A stretch of DNA of 64,000 bases from Dimorphilus gyrociliatus (Eukaryota; Animalia; Annelida), in the NCBI GenBank assembly GCA_904063045.1, contig CAJFCJ010000001.1, forward strand, positions 2,356,001 through 2,420,000. The letters are read 5' to 3'. Within the stretch, counting starts at the first letter, position 1. Every line of letters begins with the position of its first letter. Shown here piece by piece: positions 55,122 to 64,000 of the stretch. Made by a program: the position numbers and the translations under genes. A model generated the notes under the pieces. It was not told the origin of the DNA and ran no database searches. It was given only the letters and a program-made list of their open reading frames with translations.

Positions 55122-57717
55122 TTAAGCAACGGTTATAATATGACGTAGGCTGTTTGAATTAGATAGTCGTAAATAGGACGGTTGTTGACCACCAACGAAA
55201 ATCTCTATACGACCCCTCTCTAGAACAAAACCTCCAACATCTTTCCAAACTGCCAATTGTTTGCCTTCTATAGTAAAGGTTAATGACAAACCCCTATTCT
55301 CTTTTATCGCTGAGGTTCGCTTAAAAGCAACCAGTTGTAACTTAGGCATTTCCTCTTTAGTATCTAACCAGCGTATATAGACTTGTGGTACCTCTTCCGA
55401 TGGATAATGACCAACGTTTTGTACTTTGAAATTGATTTTAACTTTTTGTCCAATATTTCTTACAACCGTTGGATAAACAGATAAGTTAGAATATCGGAAC
55501 TTTGTATATGATAACCCAAATCCAAATTCTAACAGAGGTTTATCCATCATATATCTAATTTCAAGTATAATGATTTAGAGTACAAACATTTGTATTCAAC
55601 TTAGTTAACCTATATGTTCGATTCTTCATTGAATAGTCGACCATTGGTGGAACTTGACCGAGATCTCTTGGCCATGTATAAGGCAAACGACCAGATGGTG
55701 ATGTCACAAATTTACCTCCATGCGCTAGAACCCTACGTAAAGCCGTTCCTGTTTCCTGTCCAGGAAACCACGCTTGTAGTATTGCGTGAACATTTTTAGA
55801 TTCCATTGCCCAGGTAATTTTAACAGGACCACCCGTAAATAGAATCACAACAACTGGATTTCCCTTCGCTTAAAATAAAATATTGTTAATAAATAGAAAT
55901 AAAAATATGAAAAATTTGAAATAATAATTGATTTATACATGCTGAAACGACATCTTTAAGTAACTGCTCTTGATGACCTGGAAGATCCATATTAGATCTG
56001 TCCATTCCTTCTGTTTCAACCGCAACTCCGGTACCGAGAAATACAATTGAGAAATCCGATTCAGAAACGGCAATTTTCACCGCAGTACTATTATATTTCT
56101 TACATCGTGTATCATCACACCCTTTAATAATGTGTGCTACTTTTGATAATGCTATTAAGCTCATTCCAGTCGTCGCATATTCTTGCATTATTAAAGGAGA
56201 GTATGATCCATAAAGTTGACCTGTATCATTAACCATTGGTCCTATTAACTGTAAAACAAGTAATACTATGTGAAAATATGAATAAAAGAAAACTTGTCTA
56301 TTATTCTAATAATTTCATTATATTACCGCAAGACGATTAATTATCTTTAAAATTGGCAGAGTTTCTTTTAAATTTTTCAGCAGTACAAAACTTTGTTCAG
56401 CAAGTTTCCTAGCAACTTCTCTATGTTTCTTACTTTGAATAACATTTGTATTAATCTTTGAATATGGATTTAAATATTCTGGGTCAAACTCTCCTAATCT
56501 CATTCTAGTGTAGAATAATTTTTTGACGCTTTCTCTTAAAGCTGTAACTTTTACTTTTCCATATTTCACTGCTTGTGTTAAATTATAAAAGAAGGATCTG
56601 TGTCCATCAGGAGAAAGTTCCAGGTCGACACCTGCATTCACCGCATCAGCAGCTGCATCTACTGGACTAGACACATAGTGATGTTGCTAAATCAAAAAAT
56701 AAAACATACTTCAAGAAAATATTGTTTTCTATATAACATGTGTTTCATACTGTCATAATGTACTCTATCGCGCCTTCATCACTAATAAAATAGCCTTTAA
56801 AGCCATACTCTCTTTGCAGAATATCTTTCAATAGGCGTTTGTTTGCACAGGCAGGTACACCGTTAATACTTGAAAATAAGAGAAAAGAAGTAATAACTTT
56901 TGTTGGAAATGATGAAAAAAGACTTTTGGAAATATTACCTGTTGTAACTACACATTAAATTGAACGTACCAGCTTCTATACAAGCTTGAACATTTGCTAA
57001 ATAGGTCAATCTCATATCTCTTTCCGACACTTTGCTATCGAAACTAAATCGAGATTGAGGAATGTTTTCAGGCCCTGAATGGGCTGAAACGACTTTACAT
57101 CCTGATGATACTTTAATGTATCGTTTGTGATCTCCATGTAGGCCTTTAACAAAGGCAGATGCAATTTTACCAGAGAGATAGGGATCTTCACCGTAAACCT
57201 CTTGAATCCTACCCCACAGAGGATGTCGGACAAGATTAATAAATGGAGCAAAGCAACTAATAGACGCATAATTCTCATAGATGCCCTGTTTCCTGAACTT
57301 GTTATATATTGCTCTTGCTTCTGTAGCTATAACAAAGGCCGCATTCCTGACTGAGTCTTCACTGTTACATAAACAAAGGTCAGAAATTAGGACATGAATA
57401 TATTTTCTCTATCTCTACCTGAACGTTGCAGCTAAACCTATAGCTTGAGGAAAACAAGTGGCGTTTCTTAGCATAACTCCATGAATACATTCGGTAGCAA
57501 AAGAATACGGACTAATACCCAGCCTTTTAATACCTGGAACTGGACCACCTGTGCTTGGTCCACCGCCATGAGACATCTGACCGATTAATTCATCGACTGT
57601 TAGTCTATTAACCAAATCATCAACTCTTTCCGCCCATGATAACGAGATATTTCGAAAGGGATATTCACTTATTGAGCATTTCAAACAATAACAAATTAAG
57701 AATAATTTGACAAGCAT
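55122..57717 (-). CDS. Glycoside hydrolase family 3 beta-xylosidase/beta-glucosidase, secreted, multi-exon
   Basis: Signal peptide; YPFRN.SL.W.ERVDDLV.RLT; CFPQAIGLAATF; RDPLWGRIQEVYGEDP; nucleophile motif GYFISDEG; EGMDR; SGRLPYTW; FGFGLSYT and a C-terminal Fn3-like domain. Confidence 0.92.
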
Positions 57718-58295
57718 TTTAAGAAAGTATGGTTTTTCAAACCGTCCTGTTAATATTAATTGAATGCTTCTCTATCAATTGCTATTGTTCTCTTTTTAGG
57801 CCTATAAGCTTTTAATTTTGCATAAGTAAAGTAGATAAATAATTTCTTTCAATTTATTCGTCTGCTATCAATAAAAAGCAAAGAAGGTAGATCATTTTCG
57901 TATGATCAATACTATGGATATAAAGGGCAAACATTTTTAAGATTAAATAGGCGTAAATTGATTATTGTTGTCTTATCTGTAAAATTTTAATTAGTGCATC
58001 ATATAGAAGGGAACAATATTAAAATTCTTAAGGGTGTATGCTTATTGCATTAAAATATTTATCAACTAGTTTTACAGTATAAAATTTATATATATAGATA
58101 GACTAGTGTAGTAGTATTCATAATTCCCGCTAAAAAGCGCCTGAAATGCCACCTAGATCCACGGTAAAAGGACGGTGACCTTCACATCTACGACCACGTC
58201 ACTATTTTGGCGAATAATTTCATTTTGCAAATCATCGTTACGATTGTACTATAAAAGCTGGTAGTTCTTTGTGAATCTCTCCACTAACTACAACA

Positions 58296-59995
58296 ATGAG
58301 CGAAAACTTTCAGCCGTTTCCCCATTTTTCAACTGATGCATTGCATGCAGGCCAGGATCCTGAACAATGGAACTGCAAAGCCGTTGTCCCGTTAATCTCC
58401 TTGTCAACTACGTTTAAACAAGAAGCTCCGGGAAAGCATTCTGTAAGTTCCTTCGTTTTCTTTATTTTATTCAATTAAGGATTTTTTTAATCTTTCCAAA
58501 AATTAGGGATATGAGTATACTAGAGCTGGAAATCCTACTAGAACTTGCCTTGAAGCCTGTTTTGCTGCCATTGAAGGAGGAAAGCATGGTAAGTGAACAA
58601 AATGCTGTATAATTTGCGATTCTGTTTTAAGACAGAGTGATTTTTCGGTAGCTTGCGTCTTCAGTTCAGGTCTAGCTGCCACAGGCACAGTTACATCGCT
58701 CTTAGACCTTGATGATCATATTATTGCCATGGATGATCTTTACGGAGGAACAAACCGTTTCTTCCGTAATATTGGTAAGGCAAGAGGTATAAAAACATCG
58801 TTTGCTGATATGAGAAATCCCGAACATGTTAAGAAGGCATTGACTCCAAAAACAAAATTGGTCTGGATCGAAACGCCAACCAATCCTACAATGAGATTGG
58901 TCGATATCAAGGCCGTAGCAGAAATTGCTCATGCTTACAATGCAGATATCATGGTAGCGGTTGATAACACTTTTACAACCTCATATTTTCAAGTACGTAT
59001 CTAAGTTTACTCTTAAAAAAAGCCCATCTAGTCTTTGTTTGAAAGCTGTTTTAGAAAAAAAACTATAAAAAAAACATAGGAATAATTGAAAAAGAAATAT
59101 AAAAAGCTTGAAAGTCTTACATATGGTGTTAAGATTAATTAAGATTTAATTGTTTTTCTTTTCAAATTTAAACAGAGGCCACTCAGCTTGGGTGCAGATA
59201 TTGTTTTCCATTCGGTAACGAAATATTTGAATGGTAATTAATTTATTCCTTCAATATGCACACAATTATAAGTTATTGAATATCTTATACAAAATTTGTT
59301 AAAGGTCACTCCGATGTCCTTATGGGAGCCTTAATGTTAAACTCTACTACACTTTATGAAAAACTACAATGGCATCAACTAGGTTTGTCTGGACTAGAAG
59401 TATACGCTTTAGATTGATTTGAATTTGATAACAGCTGCTGGAGCCGTTCCGTCCCCATTCGATTGCTACTTGGTAAATAGAGGATTAAAGACATTGGCCG
59501 TTAGATTGAAACAACATCAGCACAACGCTTTAACTTTGGCTAAACATTTAGAAGGTCATCCGAAAATAGAGAAAGTTATTCATCCGGGTCTGCCATCGCA
59601 TCCCCAACATGATTTAGCAGTTAAACAACAAAGAGGCTTTAGCGGAATGTTGACAATCTACGTCAAAGGTGGCTTAAAAGAAGCTTCTACTTTCTTATCA
59701 AGCCTAAAGGTTTTCACTCTCGCCGAAAGTCTTGGCGGTTACGAAAGTTTGGCAGAATTACCGTAAATATTAAATGCTTCAGTTTAATAATTTGACAAAA
59801 GAAATCTTCTAATAATACTTTATTAATTATATTATTAATAGATCCTTGATGACACACGCGTCCGTCTCCGCAGAAGAACGTGCTAAATTGGATATTTCCG
59901 ATTCGCTTATTCGACTCTCGGTAGGACTGGAAGACATTGAAGATTTGATTGCTGACGTTAACCAAGCCTTGGACAAAGCAATACCAAGCGATTAA
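58296..59995 (+). CDS. CTH: Cystathionine gamma-lyase, multi-exon
   Basis: [16 protein letters not shown]; [11 protein letters not shown]; DDLYGGT; WIETPTNPT; [11 protein letters not shown] (PLP lysine); [17 protein letters not shown]; [10 protein letters not shown]. Confidence 0.96.
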
Positions 59996-61289
59996 TCTGC
60001 AATACTTAACCTATAGCTTATTTCACTAAAAAAATATGCTTTCAACTTGACCAAAATTTCAAGACTTATGTTAAGTCATATTTTGATCAAGTAAACAAAA
60101 ATTAGTCTAATTCTTCTAGACTGTTCTATAAAACTTACAGCTATTTCAATAAACTCTGGTAAAAGTCAATATCTTTCAAGGTAGTGAATTTATTTAAGGT
60201 TTTCATTAAAGTAAAAGGCACATTTAAAGTACATTAGAATATCGGTCAAGACGATAATATTTCAAAACATAACAAATAAATACAATAGACTTCTTATTCG
60301 TAGTTTCTCAATCGTATCAATTTTATATACAAAGGTATAATAAGTTTATTATTATTCAAAGTGTTGACAGAGTTAGTTTACATAAAAATTTATCTCTATC
60401 TTACTATCTTTGTATATTTTATCAGTGTAATCGAGATTGTTTAAGTACGTTTTGGAGTATGTATGATAATTGTGATTTTTCAAGGATTTCAACCATTCCC
60501 TTATCCTATTTTATATAGCACACAGTATTTTTTGTTCATTACAGATTATATAGGTTTCTATTAAAAAGTATGGAAGAAACCAAGATCGAGAGATAGGTAG
60601 ACAAAGTGTCTAAACAAAATATTTAAAAATGACTCAATAGTTATCATATATTGAGCAATCGCCTTTGATATGGGTCGTTCTCTACAGATTTACTTTTAAT
60701 AATGACCAAGTAAAATGATATCATCAAGTTAACAAGGTCAGAATAGCTAGGGAATTAATTTTGGTTTAAATAAATATATAAATATAACTTTGGGTCTTTT
60801 TATATTTGATCCTAAATACAAAAAACAAGCATTCTCTTTTTGCTTAATTCGCTCAATCAATTGTCATTAAATATAAATTTGGTGGTAGAAGAACAATAGC
60901 TCTGGTCTCATAACTAGTTTTGCCACAGAACTTTAAAAAACAACCTTGTCCTTAAAATTATATAAATGCTATTTTGTGCGAGGTCATTTTGTTTGTCTGC
61001 AGCCACCCTCAGCGGCTGTCTGCTCTGTGCTGTGGGATATATGTTGTTTTGTTAGGCAGACGTCAGATCACTCACTTCCGTTACAGACTTCTACTTTCAA
61101 ACATAATTTATATCACCCAAGTGAGGAGAAAAGATTTTAAGAATTAATTAGATCTTTTAAACGTTTTAAACACTGCTGACGGTTGGATTTATAACTGATT
61201 TTAAAAATTTTTCGCTAAATGAGATCATCTTTCAGTTGCAACATATGTGGACTGCTGGTTCGTCACCTATTTGAATAAAAACTAAGAAC

Positions 61290-62623
61290 ATGGCGCAGGA
61301 AAAGGTTCAAATAAACGTATACGACATGGTAAGATTTATCATAAAACATTTCATTATAATCGTTAGGCAGATGAATAAATTTAAAAAGTAAAAGGCTTTC
61401 GCTCGAGGATATAATTCAAGTGGACAGTCTGTAAAATTAAATAATGTAGTACTTCGAAATGCGAGAACAACAGTTATAAACGCTTTAGTAATGTTCCATA
61501 TTCTACTAGTCCGTTTAATGGACAGATATATAAGAATATATATATAGATATATACGTTATTTCTCATCTAACGACGTATTCCTCAGTGTATCAATCACAT
61601 GATTCGATAAAAACTTCACAGAGTATTGTACAAAAAAAAAACAATAAAAAGAATTCCTTTGTTCAAGATTTCACATGTTTTTTTTTTAAATAGACTTAAG
61701 CCTACTCTATTCTATGAGTATTTGTTATCATATTGATGAAATAATATTTTTTCAGTTTTGGACAAACGAATATACATCAACTTTAGGAGTAGGAGTCTAT
61801 CATTCTGGTTTAGAAATTTATGGCGTTGAATACTCATACGGTGGACATCCGTTTCCTTTATCCGGAATATTTGATATAGCTCCAAAAGATTCCGAAGACT
61901 TGGGTGAACAGTTCAAATTTAAGTAAGATATGCTTATTTTATAAATATTAATATTGCTTACTCAAGGAAACGTCTTTTAGTAATTGTATATCCTTTTTTA
62001 ATTTAGAGTATGATATTTAAAACTGTAAATGTTCTTTTTAAGATTTCAATTAGACGATGGAATACGGTTTTCCTCTCTTTTTATATTATATGGTAAACAT
62101 TGCACATATGAATAATAATCAAGCTATATTTATTAGACAGATTTAGGCCAATAGTATTCGACCACAATGTCCAATTAAATTGACTAAATAATTGATTCTG
62201 ATTATAATCATTCTGTTCCTACAGGGAAACTATATATATTGGTACTACAGACTTCAATCCAAACGATATTTCAACTATGATCCAACAAATGGGTCACAAA
62301 TACCAAGGAGATCAATATCACCTTCTACATAAAAATTGTAATCACTTTACGGCAGAGTTTTGCAAGGTATAATTTCTCATTCTTACTGTCTTAATAATTT
62401 AATGACAATCTATTAAATATATTAGTATATTATTTTATTATTCTTTCAGTTATTAACGGGCAAGGAACCTCCTTCCTGGGTTAATCGATTAGCTTCCGTT
62501 AGTTCTTACATCCCGTTTCTAGAAAAAGCATTGCCAAAGGAATGGTTAACACCAATGGCTTTGGAGACGTCTCTTAATCAAACTTGCTCCGAAACTACTC
62601 AAAATTCTGCTGTGCTAAAATAG
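61290..62623 (+). CDS. DESI2: Desumoylating isopeptidase 2 (PPPDE peptidase), 4 exons
   Basis: [13 protein letters not shown]|[31 protein letters not shown]; [11 protein letters not shown] (catalytic His and Cys); PSWVNRLA. Confidence 0.93.
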
Positions 62624-64000
62624 CATCTACTAACCTATTTATTCATCTTTCCACATACTCTACTCTCATCTCTTGACTCCACATCATCGATCTCATATAT
62701 ATAAATCGATTCATATCACGTTCAACGCCTACCCAATATTTTTTCTTTTTGTTTCCTTGATTTATCTAAAAGGATATATTTTTATTCTTATCGACTGTAT
62801 TTTTTCTTAATTGTATCGGTGTAATCTATATATTGCCTGTACCAACAAACCTGATGGGTTTTTTTCCCCTTATTTTTTAAAAAAAGAAAAAGAAACAAGC
62901 ATTTTAGTAAACGTTGAAGAGAAAGACATTTACATATATATAAATGAGGAATTAAATAGAAATATGAAGAGAGAAAGAGAGAGAGAGAGAATATTAGAAA
63001 AAGCATGACAGCATCCATCGACAAACAAACAAAATAGGCCTAAGCTTGGTAAAAGGGAAGACCCTACAAATATTTTTAATAAAAATTGGATAGCTTAAAA
63101 TATTGATAACATATTTTATTTTTTTAAAAGGAAATTATTGGACTTTAGAATACAAAGAAATGGGAATTTAACATTTTTTTTTCATATATTTTTAAACATT
63201 TTATAATCCGTAAATAACTCTATTTATATTAATTAAGAAGCTTAAATGTAGGACTAATTTTGTGTGCCTTTTTTTCGCTTTTCATCCATTATTCCTACTA
63301 TTGGTGAAGAGTAGACGATTTTTTTTTTAAAAGTATTTACTCTATGTAAAAAAAAAAGGGCTGACAGTCTTGTCTTACAATTAATTTCACTCGTAAATAG
63401 AGAATTACTCCGGAGGGTAAACCTTCTCAGGGAAAATATTAATTGAAAGACCAATCTCCTTCGTTCTGATTTTTTTTACGTACCACACAACATGTGCCGG
63501 CTTAGCTTACATGCCATTGTAGGTTACCTACAGATGGCATTGTAACCTTTCTACTAAGAAAGGTATAATTAACCCTTGAAATGTACAATTACATGAGCAG
63601 TCAATACACGTATTCAGTTTTAACTACTAAGGCCCACAAATAAATAATAAAGGTAAAAGCGTTTCTTTGGATAAGTAAAATCTGTATTTATTAAATTTTC
63701 AAAAAAAAGGATGACGTCAGTTGCGAAAGGTAATTAATAAACCTCGCCGTAGGATATTCGTTATGTACTCATTTTTCTCGCTTCATGGATTACAATTTAT
63801 ATATTAAATGATTTGTGAGAAAATATCAAAACACGACAAAGGTTTTTACCGTCCTTTCGTGACAAAACTACAAAGAAAAAAAAATCGCCTACATCCTTAA
63901 ATATGTTCTTTTCTCTTCTATTCACCATATCTATCGTCTATTTTTGTCTTATATCTTCCGATAAGCAGTAAGTTTTCCAATACTCGTTATCAATGGTGTG

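Noticed and set aside
55122-57717. Recent horizontal transfer of the plant/bacterial-type GH3 xylosidase
   Set aside because: Many host-type short introns and host-like base composition; such GH3 genes are known in several invertebrate groups.

Overview
AT-rich, gene-dense eukaryotic (metazoan) genomic DNA with many short (~50-80 bp) GT-AG introns and AT/CT microsatellites. It resembles a compact invertebrate genome, possibly a lophotrochozoan such as a miniaturised annelid; this is inference only. I found no tRNA, rRNA, CRISPR array or intact transposon. Genes reconstructed by hand, in order: a divergent Cys-loop (nAChR-like) channel; a ~9.7 kb gene palindrome (CARD-coiled-coil-Zn-finger gene > DEG/ENaC-A > < DEG/ENaC-B < second copy of the CARD gene); a truncated GPCR-like gene; a C12orf56 homologue; a chitin-binding (CBM14) type-I membrane protein; an ATD-less ionotropic receptor; a near-intronless TRPM-like channel; canonical CYFIP/Sra-1; a tandem divergent CYFIP paralogue; a NAT8-like GNAT; a LicD protein; CDC7; a GH3 beta-xylosidase; cystathionine gamma-lyase; and DeSI2. 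Three observations stand out. (1) The 2,073-bp outer arms of the palindrome differ at one synonymous base while the enclosed channel paralogues are only about half identical. (2) The CYFIP pair: the paralogue has gained a ~170-aa polyproline N-terminus and keeps the Rac1 D-site motif, which the otherwise conserved copy has lost. (3) A 60-aa CD52/CD24-like, putatively GPI-anchored micropeptide gene is nested antisense in a GC-AG intron of CYFIP. All alignments were done by eye, with no database search.
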